Translations under genes and position numbers: made by a program
Assembly: GCF_001194135.2 (NCBI RefSeq)
Contig: NC_068990.1
Location: forward strand, 47,962,674-48,001,602
DNA length: 38,929 bases
Reading direction: 5' to 3'
Source of the DNA: Octopus bimaculoides
Lineage: Eukaryota
The notes under the pieces: generated by a model
Database searches by the model: none
What the model was told of the DNA's origin: nothing
The model's input: only the letters and a program-made list of their open reading frames with translations
Part shown: positions 24,245 through 32,959 of the stretch, piece by piece
Layout of the letters: each line of letters begins with the position of its first letter
Numbering within the stretch: position 1 is the stretch's first letter

Positions 24245-26214
24245 TGTATATGTATACATATAGATGTTTATGTACACTTATATGTATAGATATATATAGA
24301 GACATAGATCTATATGCATACATGTATATGTATACATATGTGTAGATGTATATATATAGATGTACATGTAATATGTACACATATATACACATATATACAT
24401 GCATACAGATATCTATACATATATACACCAATACAAACACACATACATATGCACACAAACACACACATTAGTCAGTTGTTTTTTTATGCAAAACTATGTC
24501 AAAAGTACTGAATAGATCTTTATGAAATTTGGAAATTATATTCTATGCATAACAGCCATAACTCCCATGAAAATTCTTTTTTTTTTTATGTTGAAATTTT
24601 AACCATACATATTACACACAAATAAAGTAATATTTCTGAAATTTCTTCTAAGAAGTTACAAAGACCCCTTCATGGGGACTTCACACCCACAATTTAGTCA
24701 TTTTTCCTAAGCAAAGACGAATACAGTTGTACCATTAGCTATAGGGTCACCCGAACATAACAGATGAGCATTATTTGTAATTCAATGGTACAACAGTGTA
24801 AGACTATCCTTCCAGATATACTTACATTGTGATTTCTGCAATGTGGTGCATAAATTGTCAAGTAAATGAGACACATGTTTGCTTCCACTGATTCACTAGC
24901 AAAGTGTTGAGTAAAATTATTTCGTTGCAGACCTCCTTTCAGTCTTTTTATTATCACTGGGTCACACAGTCCACAGTTGGTAACATTGATTTCAAGGCCT
25001 TCTCAGATAAGTGACTGCTTGTTCTAAGACATTTATTGATTGTAAATTTTTTCTGCCCAGTTACCTATCGGTATAGTGGATATTTGCAAACTCCAGAGGC
25101 GATGCTTTCATTTCCCTTTACTCCAAATGTCACACGTTATTTCAATTGGGTCATGCCCTTCCAATTGCTATAGATCCGTAATGCATCTTACAGCTGCGCC
25201 TGTCACCTGTATGGTGAGGAATCCTACATTGGGAAGTAGTAACGACTACGCTAGGGTAGCTGACTGATTATCGTGATCATTCGTCTTTTGGTTTCCTGTA
25301 GCTTTGCTCTCTTTTACAAACCCAGTGAACATACATATATTTCCTATTTCAAAGAAATTCAAACAATACATATTAGACCCAAGTTAAAAAGAATCCCAAC
25401 AATTTAACTTCTCTGGTTGACATTAACACACCCACCCCCAACTCCTACATTTTTCAGCTCCATGAGCTCCATTTTTCAGGAGCAAAATCTTTTTACAGGG
25501 TCCATAACACTGGAATTTTGGAATGTACACATAAATATCAGATATATAAAGATGAGAATGTGTGTCTGTGTGAATTCCTAAAACTCGAGAACTACACAAC
25601 CAATTTCATTCCAAATTAACACATGCCTTACTTAGGGTCAATGTAGTGTCTTAGGCCCCAAAATTTTTTAACTTCTTGCATAGTTCAAGCCCACAGCAAT
25701 ATTATATCTCCTCCACTATTTCAGTATTACGTGTCAAAAGTGAAACAATAAAACCACTCTGCTGTTATGTCAGTTACTTCCACTTTAATACTTTCAATTT
25801 CATACTGAAGCAATTAAAGTGAAACTATACTCTCACATATATACAGACATACCATAAGACCCAAGTTAAAAACATTCCCAACAATTCAACTTCTCTGGTT
25901 GACATTAACACTCCCACCCCAATAGGAGCCTTCATTCCCACATTTTTGAGCTCCATGAGCTCCATTTTTCAGGAGCAAAATCCCTTTTACAGGTTCCAGA
26001 AGACTGAAATTTTGGAATATGTGCATAAAGATCAATAGTATGGGATACATGTCTCATGATTAGAATCTTTTTAGGGTGTGTAAAGAGGGAAAAACCCTCA
26101 TGTGCAATTTTGATGAAATTTGAATCATGTATTCCAGTTCCTTACAGAAAATATAACAGAAAAGTCTCATTCTTCAATTGCATGTAACACAGGCAACGCC
26201 GGGTATCTCTGCTA

Positions 26215-26256
<42 letters not shown>

Positions 26257-26831
26257 GTATGTATGAGTCAGAGGTTAGACAACCATCTAAGGGATAATAA
26301 ATATCCAATATACTACTGGATGTATACCTATATATATCCAAATGCTTACTNNNNNNNNNNNNNNNNNNNNNNNNNNNNNNNNNNNNNNNNNNNNNNNNNN
26401 NNNNNNNNNNNNNNNNNNNNNNNNNNNNNNNNNNNNNNNNNNNNNNNNNNNNNNNNNNNNNNNNNNNNNNNNNNNNNNNNNNNNNNNNNNNNNNNNNNNN
26501 NNNNNNNNNNNNNNNNNNNNNNNNNNNNNNNNNNNNNNNNNNNNNNNNNNNNNNNNNNNNNNNNNNNNNNNNNNNNNNNNNNNNNNNNNNNNNNNNNNNN
26601 NNNNNNNNNNNNNNNNNNNNNNNNNNNNNNNNNNNNNNNNNNNNNNNNNNNNNNNNNNNNNNNNNNNNNNNNNNNNNNNNNNNNNNNNNNNNNNNNNNNN
26701 NNNNNNNNNNNNNNNNNNNNNNNNNNNNNNNNNNNNNNNNNNNNNNNNNNNNNNNNNNNNNNNNNNNNNNNNNNNNNNNNNNNNNNNNNNNNNNNNNNNN
26801 NNNNNNNNNNNNNNNNNNNNNNNNNNNNNNN

Positions 26832-26868
<37 letters not shown>

Positions 26869-29800
26869 CTGTAAATATATGTGACAATTATTCAGTAGCT
26901 ATGATAAAACTCCGTGTTTCGGATGTCGGGGCGGAAACCCACGCCGACATCTCTTCAGTTATCGGGCCATAGAAAAAATGCTATGAAAATGACTGTTAAA
27001 ACAAAGGAAAATTACTGTGCGATTGACCATTATAAAGTCAAAGGAGCTATTAAAATGACCGCTAAGTAAGGGAAGTGAGTAAAGGTAAGGGAGTAAAAAT
27101 GTTTATAGTAATCGCATAAGCGGGCATGTCGATACATACACATGTGCGCCCGTACACCCACGTACGTGTGCCTATATGTATATACTCATCGACCCGCACT
27201 TGAAACACACAAATGCTCACCCACACATTCGCCAAATAATATATACATACCCGCATACACTCTCGCACACACACATTTGCACAAAAAAGGTTCATACACA
27301 CATGCACAAAAAAAAACAGGGCTAAATGCAAAATACAGAAAAATGTGTAAAAAAAAGTGTAAAACATGTCTATATACGCACATACTCAGATGCATACACA
27401 CACATGTCTATATACACACATACCCGCACACACGCACACATCCACATGTGCGCACAAAAAATTCCATATACACGTCTATATACGCACAGGAAAAATGCAG
27501 GATGGAAGGTAGAATACAGAAAAATTATGCGTAAAAAAATATATGTGCAATAAAACTATAAACCATCTCTATAAATATGTAAAAAAAATATATAAAATAT
27601 ATATAAGAAATATAAGTAAAAAGTGTAGAGAGATAAAAAGCTTGTATGTGGACACAATATAGAAAGCAAGTTCTATTTGTAATCTTGGGGGGACCAAAAA
27701 CGTAACAAACATTTAGCCATATGTGGACATGATCCGAAAAGCTCAGTTCTTGAATTTAGACATGTGGCGGGGTCTAAGCTGCTTTTCCAGATGAGCCATC
27801 TTTCCATATCACAAAGACCACACTTTCCACTGCCATTGGTGTAGGGCTTACACTTGGCTAAGATCTTCCAATGGATGTTTTAACTGACACCTTTATCTTT
27901 TAAGGATAAAGGTGTCAGTTACAACATCCATTTCAAAAACCTACCAAATATGTATTCAAATTTTAAAAGTGAATTAGTGATTGTATAAAAAACTAGATTT
28001 TATAGACAAAGGCTCAAGGTGACTTTGATGCATTAAGTGAAATAATAAAAAAGAACAAGTTACTTACAACCAGTAGATAAGGCATGGTATGTAAATGACA
28101 GCTGACAAAAGACAGAGCATATGCCAATCTCGTTCTAAGAAGGCAATACCACAGATTATGATTTCTCCAACAGAGAAAAGTATTTGACTAATTAAACCAA
28201 CTAAAGATCTGTAAGGACTGGATACAATTTCTATAGCTGAAAAAGTAAAAGTATAGAATGATATTGAATTAGCAAGTAGATATATAGCTTGCTATTTCAT
28301 AGCAGTCTTTTAAATTACTGAATTCATTTCATAGCATATAATATAATCTTATTTTAGTAATTGTAGTGTTATCTTCCTTGTTATCTTAAAAAGTTTACTG
28401 CTTAGATTTCAAAGTTGGCCTTGGTCAGCCTGCTGTTTCATAGAATCTGTTCAGCCTTGTTTATACTTTTTTTTTGTTGTGTCACAATGGCAAAAAAAAA
28501 CACAAAAAACCCTTATATTCATTACATCACAAAGTAAGGAACAAAAATATCACGATTTGTTCCTAAGAATGGAGAGGCATAAGAGAAATTGTTAGGTGGA
28601 ATGTACTTTTGAAATTTGCATCAGCATATAGGTAATATACAACCATGTTAACATTACAAAGAGAAGAGTCTTCTGAATTCTACAATTCTAGGAACACCAA
28701 TATGAATAATAGGCTAGTTTTAGTTGTGTAATAAAAAATGTAATAGGCGATATAAACTACAAAATATCAGTTAAAGAACTAGGTTCAAAGTTTTGTCTTA
28801 CTGTGATCATCACTGAATCATATCATAGTCAAAGCATGCTTCAAAATCAATTATTTGTATCTCTTTAATGGACTCAATGGATTAGAAGTTAATTTCCTTA
28901 TTCTTTCAGCCAAAGTGTTTTATGTAGTGTCCATAAACCAATTTTCAGAACTGTGCAGAGTATTTTTTAATGCCAAACATTATAAATTCAATTTTTCAAA
29001 GCCATCAAGTACAGTTCTATATAAGTCAGTTATTCTTTAAGACTTTGGAATGGTTTGTGTCACACACTAGAACAACTTTGCTAGAAAGGAGAACATCAGA
29101 ATGGCTTATAATAAATGGATCTCCAAATTCCTTTAATTAGTGTGTAAGCAGTTGAGAACATGACAGGTACATGCATCTTTAACACAAGTCACAGATGGAA
29201 TCAGTGCGACAGAATATAACAAGGCTGAACCTTTGAAATCCGTTTACCGAATTTCATTTACAACTTTTGGGTCAACTTAAGTAAAAGAAGTTTGTTCAAG
29301 ATGCTATGATGTGGAATTGAACCCAAATCTTGTGACCAAGAAGTGAACATCTTAATCTACAATAGCTATAGTAGTAAGCTAAGAACTCGTGATCTAGTGT
29401 ATAGCAGTTAAATATTTAAATCTCTATCACAGAGCAGTAAATTTTACAATTTTCCCTTCTTAAATATTATTTTATTGATTGTATCTAATTCTTGTAAAAA
29501 ATATGTGCTAATTTTTGAAAAGATAATTATATTTTGTAAAATGAAGACAAAAGTTAGCATTTTAAAAGATTTTGTGAACTTACTAAGAATAAAAGAATTC
29601 ATGAAAATGCCATTTCCAGAAAATCCTATCAGAAATCGAAGAACGGCAAGCAGTTTTATATCATTGACAAAATAAAGTGGGATGGAAGACAGTATCCAGA
29701 GGACCAGGGAAAGGTATAAGGATACTCTGCGACCTTTCCTGTGGGATGTAAAATAAACAGATAATTGAATTGAAAGTTTTCAATGTATACATATGCATAT

Positions 29801-32083
29801 ATTGGGTTGGCAACTAAGTTGCAACCATTTAAAAAAAATTTTGGAATTTGTTGCGTTTTTGAATTTTGGAATCTATTTTTTTTTTTGAGAATTCTATTTT
29901 TGAATCATTTTTGAATCTATTTTGCTTTTTTTCTAGTTAATTTTTGTTTATTTTCCGATAATTAAAATAGAATATCAAGTTAAGAAAAATGAGCATTTTC
30001 GACACATCCTTCTTTTTGCTTTTAATCAAGGTTCTAAAGCTGTATAAGCTGCTTGCGACATTTATGCTGTGTATGGAGAGGGTACCATAGCTGAAAGAAC
30101 CGCTTGTGATTGGTATGCCAAGTTCAAAAATGGAAATTTTGATCTCAAAGACACACCTCGTTCTGGTCATCCAGTTGAGTTCGATGAAGAGCAATTAAAC
30201 CAACTTTTGTACGAAAATTCTCGTCAAGCGACAAGGGATCTGGCAGAGAAAATGGAATGCCCTCACACTGCTATAGAAAAGCATCTTCACTCGATGAGAA
30301 AGGTTCAGAAGTATGAAGCATGCGTTCCGCAGGCTTTAAGTGACAACAACAAAAATAAACGAGCCACAATCTCCACTGGTTTGCTTGCTTGTTACCGCTC
30401 AACTCATGGACACAAGCAACGATTTCTTTACCGAATCATTACTGGTGACGAAAAATGGTGCCTGTACATCAATATGAAGCAGCGTAAGGAATGGCTTAGC
30501 CCCTGTAAACAAGTGACACCGCATGTGAAACAAGATCTTCATCCGTGTAAAATGATGTTGTGCGTATGGTGGGACTAGGAAGGGATTATCCATTACAAAT
30601 TGCTTGAACGGAACCAAATGGTCAACACAGAACTCTATGTTCAACAGATGGAACGACTCAACATGGCTATTCAAGAGAAAAGACCTAATTGTCAGCATGG
30701 AGTTCTGCTGCACGACAACGCCCGCCCTTATATCGCCAATATGACCAAGGAAGCCATTCAAGCGCATGGCTGGGAAGTGCTGTCACACCCGCCATACTCT
30801 CCAATGGATTTCCACCTCTTTTAAATGCTATGCATGGAGTTTTGTTCAATACTGATGCAGAATTGAGAGCTTGATTGGATCAATTTTTCAAGTTGAAATA
30901 GGGTGATTTCTACCAACGAGGTATTGAAAATCTTGTTGAACGTTGGGAAGAAGTTGTAAATAAACAAGGGTGAATACATTATTGATTAATTAGTTGTTAT
31001 CTTTTTATTAGGCCTTTTAAAAAATTTTAATTAAAAAAGACGGCGGGAACTTAGTTGCCAACCTAATATCTATCTATCTATCTATCTATCTATATATATA
31101 TATAAATATATATGCAAAAACAAATATTTGTGGGTGCTGGTGCCATGTAAAAAGCACCCAGCACACTCTGTGAAGTGGTTGGCATTAGAAAGGGTATCCA
31201 CCATAGAAACCATGTCAGAACAGACAATTCAGCATGGAAAATGGACGTTGATGATGATGATGATGATGCATAGAAAGATGAGTAAATATACATATAATTA
31301 TATATACACAGAAGTTGGTGCATAAGTGAATGGAAAAATTTTAAATAAACAGATTTCTTTTTTAACATTTGAAGTGTTTAAGGTGATGAGCAGGCATAAT
31401 TGTTAGCATGCTGGGCAAAATGCTTCGCAGCACTTTGTCCATCTTTACATTCTGAGTTCAAATTCTGTCAGGTCAGCTTTGCCTTACATCCTTTCGGTGT
31501 TGATAAAATAAATACCAGTTGAACACCAGGGGTCAATGTAATCACCTTAACCCTCTCTCCTGAAACTGATGACCTTGTGTCACATATTTGGCTCTGATGA
31601 CTGGGCACTCTGTATTCCAGTTGATTCAATCAATGGTACAGCCTGCACATGAAATTAATGCGCATGTGTACACTCCACAAATATGCATAACCTTAACATA
31701 GTTCGCAGGGAGATTCAATGTGACCCAGAATGTGACAAGGCTAGCCCTTAGAAATACAGGTACTATTCAGTTTTGCCAGCTGAGTGGAGTGGAACAAAGT
31801 GAAATAAATTGTCACACTCAAAGACACAATACACTATCAGGAATCAAACTCACAACGTTTTTACAATGAGCCAAATACTCTAACCACTAAGCCACAAGCC
31901 TTTACACATTCATCACTATCCACAGCATTACTGGCTTGAAGATAACAGAAACTTGTTTCCATGTTCCATGTGCACTTACCAGTCTGAAATGACACCAAAG
32001 AAGAGGGAACCCACAAAAGTTCCACCCATAAACAACATGTTGACTAAAGACTGGAACACTTCTCTGGAACAAACCAAATTCAT
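2703..32083 (-). CDS. SLC22-family (MFS) organic cation/anion/carnitine transporter-like gene; 7 internal coding exons, first and last exons not located in window
   Basis: Manually spliced exons 32083-31980, 29738-29584, 28236-28068, 22430-22212, 20659-20436, 9110-8929 and 2854-2703 have GT-AG boundaries with compatible phases. They give 1205 nt with no stop. SLC22 motifs: [58 protein letters not shown]. Confidence 0.95.
3541..3733 (-). mobile_element. SINE family B copy
   Basis: Reverse complement of the ggtggtg..ctggcagaa head and the aactttgtctttcat...gggtcgataaa core. Confidence 0.7.
3755..3960 (+). mobile_element. SINE family B copy
   Basis: aaggtggcgaactggcagaatcgctagc head; gaggttgactttgccattcattc core; ccaaaatttgaaacc tail. 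Confidence 0.75.
4231..4326 (+). mobile_element. SINE head A fragment
   Basis: gtggctgtgtagcaagaagtttgctttccaaccacatggttccaggttcagtcccac, with an internal deletion relative to other copies. Confidence 0.7.
4485..4737 (-). mobile_element. tRNA-headed SINE-like element ending in a Penelope-type hammerhead motif
   Basis: Head has an A-box-like tggcgtaattg, an anticodon-arm-like GGG-CTACTAA-CCC and B-box agttcgattcc. An (ATA)n spacer follows, then CTGATGA...GAAA at 4561-4530. Confidence 0.7.
4521..4566 (-). ncRNA. Minimal hammerhead ribozyme motif, stem III mutated
   Basis: GACAC-CTGATGA-A-GGCTG-GAGGGTATAT-CAGCC-GAAA-CATT-GTGCT. Stem III reads ACAT where a palindromic ACGT is expected. Confidence 0.65.
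5215..5264 (-). ncRNA. Degenerate hammerhead ribozyme motif
   Basis: ctcatgg-CTGATGA-tgagtcatatagcta-GAAA-CTGAGTCAG-TC. Self-complementary stem III ACTGAgTCAGT and a GUC triplet; stems I and II eroded. Confidence 0.5.
6015..6232 (+). mobile_element. SINE tail C fragment with (TG)n
   Basis: tgtgtttgtccc...gacaactggtgttggtgtgtttacgtccctgtaactt...ataagtactaggctt, shared with 1735-1930 (-). Confidence 0.65.
6899..6982. repeat. (TG)n microsatellite
   Basis: Direct reading. Confidence 0.97.
8155..8626 (-). mobile_element. tRNA-derived SINE (head A, (GT)n, body E, RTE-type tail)
   Basis: Head A at 8470-8626; body E shared with 22915-23130 (-) and 6985-7220 (+); ccatgcaagcatgg stem and (GAT)n tail. 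Confidence 0.75.
8655..8815 (-). mobile_element. Short RTE 3'-tail element
   Basis: catcatcaacgtttaacgtccgttttccatgctggcatggg...ggatgcccttcctaa is the reverse complement of the RTE 3' end. Confidence 0.75.
8929..9110 (-). CDS. SLC22 exon (182 nt): (D)[62 protein letters not shown]10-11
   Basis: Acceptor ttttctatattacag|AT; donor CTCAGT|gtaaga; GKF and ELFPTVVRN motifs. Not in the ORF track. Confidence 0.95.
9466..9552. repeat. Compound (CCTT)n(CCTG)n(CCTA)n microsatellite
   Basis: Direct reading; abuts the 5' end of the Tx1-like element. Confidence 0.92.
9555..15090 (+). mobile_element. Near-full-length decayed L1-clade (Tx1-like) non-LTR retrotransposon
   Basis: ORF1 remnants include the CCHC knuckle [14 protein letters not shown] (10671-10712). 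ORF2 starts [12 protein letters not shown] at 11520 and has APE motifs ([24 protein letters not shown]), RT motifs ([41 protein letters not shown]) and a C-terminal [18 protein letters not shown] finger. AATAAA at 15080 is followed by an (AT)n tail. Many stops and frameshifts; 5' boundary approximate. Confidence 0.92.
15178..17870 (-). mobile_element. RTE-clade LINE, decayed, with internal deletion of the RT core
   Basis: APE remnants ([31 protein letters not shown]), HYADD, PHD-like finger remnant, [12 protein letters not shown], 3'UTR gtgccactggcac motifs and an (ATG)n tail. Colinear with the + copy at 34.5-38.3 kb. Confidence 0.9.
18127..18216 (-). ncRNA. Degenerate hammerhead ribozyme motif in a small element between (TA)n tracts
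   Basis: gctacct-CTGATGA-gcagagggtta...tacccctagtgt-GAAA-CCAATTGG-TA-agatcagc. Perfect 10-nt palindrome ACCAATTGGT as stem III; GUA triplet. Confidence 0.6.
18245..18254. other. Assembly gap (10 N)
   Basis: N run inside (TA)n. Confidence 0.99.
18785..19200 (-). mobile_element. Two head-to-tail degenerate SINE B copies
   Basis: Two successive gatgaaaggcaaagttgacc...atttgaacacagaatgt...aatgattct blocks. Confidence 0.65.
20436..20659 (-). CDS. SLC22 exon (224 nt): [76 protein letters not shown]7-9
   Basis: Acceptor ttttatattcacag|G; donor AAAG|gtaatt; YYGL, EIPAY and DRLGRK motifs; overlaps ORF 20386-20646. Confidence 0.95.
22212..22430 (-). CDS. SLC22 exon (219 nt): [29 protein letters not shown]...[20 protein letters not shown](W), central loop
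   Basis: Acceptor ttctctctgatag|T; donor AATTG|gtaaga; ESPRWL motif; overlaps ORF 22208-22405. Confidence 0.95.
22915..23130 (-). mobile_element. SINE body E with RTE-type tail
   Basis: tttaacgtccgcttct...catgggtcagacagaatttg...ccaagcaaggcaatatttcc, aligns with 8165-8400. Confidence 0.65.
23234..23449. mobile_element. Tc1/mariner-type MITE, 216 bp
   Basis: About 37-bp TIRs: cagggttggccaaaagtcacccgtcagtaaatcaaaa versus reverse-complemented catggctggccaaaagtcacctgacagtaaatcaaaa (4 mismatches). AT-rich non-coding interior. TA TSD is eroded. Confidence 0.85.
23633..23763. other. Assembly gap
   Basis: N run. Confidence 0.99.
23764..25537 (+). mobile_element. Non-autonomous Helitron-like element, copy 1 (3'-truncated, interrupted)
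   Basis: Begins tataaaaaatgagaatgtgtctgtctg after the gap. 23764-24155 and 25373-25537 align to copy 2; a microsatellite and about 900 bp of other sequence lie between. Confidence 0.65.
25538..26215 (+). mobile_element. Non-autonomous Helitron-like element, copy 2 (complete ends)
   Basis: 5' A|TC...atatataaagatgagaatgtgtgtctg; 3' GC-rich hairpin caggcaacgccggg followed by ctctgCTAG|T; no TIR or TSD. Confidence 0.75.
26351..26831. other. Assembly gap
   Basis: N run. Confidence 0.99.
26885..27931 (-). mobile_element. 5'-truncated Penelope-like element (GIY-YIG C-terminus, 3'UTR, hammerhead motif)
   Basis: 27903-27673 translates to [75 protein letters not shown]. This matches the PLE endonuclease C-terminal pattern (WxIL..PY..CxLC..E..LNxRxE..CxH). 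A T-rich 3'UTR, a hammerhead core and a 5' inverted end are also present. Confidence 0.8.
26903..26963 (-). ncRNA. Type I minimal hammerhead ribozyme motif with intact core
   Basis: GATAA-CTGAAGA-GATGTCGG-(14 nt)-CCGACATC-C-GAAA-C-ACGGA-GT-T-TTATC: 5-bp stem I, 8-bp stem II with a 1-nt bulge, 2-bp stem III, GUU cleavage triplet. Confidence 0.75.
28068..28236 (-). CDS. SLC22 exon (169 nt): [57 protein letters not shown]5-6
   Basis: Acceptor ttttactttttcag|CT; donor TGGTT|gtaagt; phase 1 to phase 2; E...R and RDW motifs. Confidence 0.92.
29584..29738 (-). CDS. SLC22 exon (155 nt): [53 protein letters not shown]3-4
   Basis: Acceptor tttacatcccacag|G; donor CTTA|gtaagt; phase 2 to phase 1; completes the MFS motif A (SDW-KGRR). 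Not in the ORF track. Confidence 0.93.
29802..31066 (+). mobile_element. mariner (Tc1/mariner) DNA transposon, 1265 bp, TIRs intact
   Basis: Left TA|ttgggttggcaactaagtt and right aacttagttgccaacctaa|TA match at 18/19 positions; TA target-site duplication on both sides. Confidence 0.95.
29967..30989 (+). pseudogene. mariner transposase pseudogene
   Basis: [12 protein letters not shown] region, [22 protein letters not shown] and HPPYSP. The start codon reads ATA, there are in-frame stops, and small deletions remove the DLAP part of YSPDLAPSD. Confidence 0.93.
31125..31270 (+). mobile_element. Short RTE 3'-tail element
   Basis: gtgctggtgccatgtaaaaagcaccc...ggcattagaaagggtatcc...agcatggaaaatggacgtt(gat)n. 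Confidence 0.75.
31390..31590 (+). mobile_element. SINE family B copy
   Basis: Head, ctgagttcaaattc B-box and ctttgccttacatcctttcggtgttgataaaataaataccag core. Confidence 0.7.
31605..31910 (-). mobile_element. tRNA-derived SINE family D
   Basis: On - strand: ggcttgtggcttagtggttagagt A-box head, gagtttgattcc B-box, gtgtctttgagtg..tttatttcac...ccactcagctggcaaaa body; related fragment at about 22640-22760. Confidence 0.65.
31980..32083 (-). CDS. SLC22 exon (104 nt): [34 protein letters not shown](W), end of large loop and TM2
   Basis: Acceptor ctctattttcag|ATG; donor GACTG|gtaagt; starts phase 0, ends phase 2; NLVC motif. Confidence 0.93.
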
Positions 32084-32409
32084 CTGAAAATAGAGAAATT
32101 CTTTCAAGAGAGTCCTTACAGAAGAAACATTCTGTAGTTTTATCAAGGATGAAATACAGTTCAAAATTTCAAACAGATAAAATTATTTTGCAATTTTAAT
32201 TCATGAAAACCAATGGTGGTAGTGGATTTGAAATTGAAATTCAGACATGTCATGAAAAATCTAGATATAAATATATTGGATTTCTTCATTTTTTTGATTT
32301 CTAATTCAAATTCAATTATAACTTTTTTTTTCAATCTGATTTGTTCTCTTTTTCTCCTTTCTCCCCACCTTTATAAATACAAATCCTTTTTATCAACTTA
32401 AAATTTCAC

Positions 32410-32442
<33 letters not shown>

Positions 32443-32457
32443 TAATAATAACAATAG

Positions 32458-32640
32458 TCTATATATATATATAAAACTGAGAATGTGTGTCTGTCTGTCT
32501 ATCTGTCAACTTCTTGCCTCATGTGAACCTGGAGAAATCTCTTACACTGTTTTGGTATTACATGTCAAAAATGAAAAATGAAACGATAACGTCTCTATTG
32601 TAACATGAGATAATACTTTTAGTTTTAATAGTTTCACTAT
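32458..32640 (+). mobile_element. Helitron-like 5' fragment related to the 23.8/25.5 kb copies
   Basis: tctatatatatatataaaactgagaatgtgtgtctgtctgtc start; shares acttcttgc and gtattacatgtcaaaa blocks with copy 2. Confidence 0.55.
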
Positions 32641-32694
32641 TAATATATACATAATATATATAATATATACATAGTGAAAACTGTATATACTTTA

Positions 32695-32727
<33 letters not shown>

Positions 32728-32729
32728 GA

Positions 32730-32825
32730 CTTTGACGTTGACTTTGCCTTCCATCCTTTCGGGGTCGATAAATTAAGTACCAGTTGCATACTGGGGTCAA
32801 TGTAATTGACTGGCCCCCTCCCAAT
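32730..32825 (+). mobile_element. SINE family B core fragment
   Basis: gttgactttgccttccatcctttcggggtcgataaattaagtaccagttgcatactggggtc. Confidence 0.75.
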
Positions 32826-32878
32826 ATATATATTTATATACACACACACATATATACGTATACATATATATATATGTA

Positions 32879-32881
<3 letters not shown>

Positions 32882-32948
<67 letters not shown>
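32882..32948. repeat. (TA)n microsatellite
   Basis: Direct reading. Confidence 0.98.
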
Positions 32949-32953
<5 letters not shown>

Positions 32954-32959
32954 CACCTA

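Noticed and set aside
26174-26887. Long ORFs containing X runs (also 23518-23833 and 36732-37802)
   Set aside because: Artefacts of reading through N gaps.
31593-31625. Plus-strand CTGATGA followed by a ctgg/ccag stem
   Set aside because: No GAAA or NUH; it is the junction with the SINE D end.
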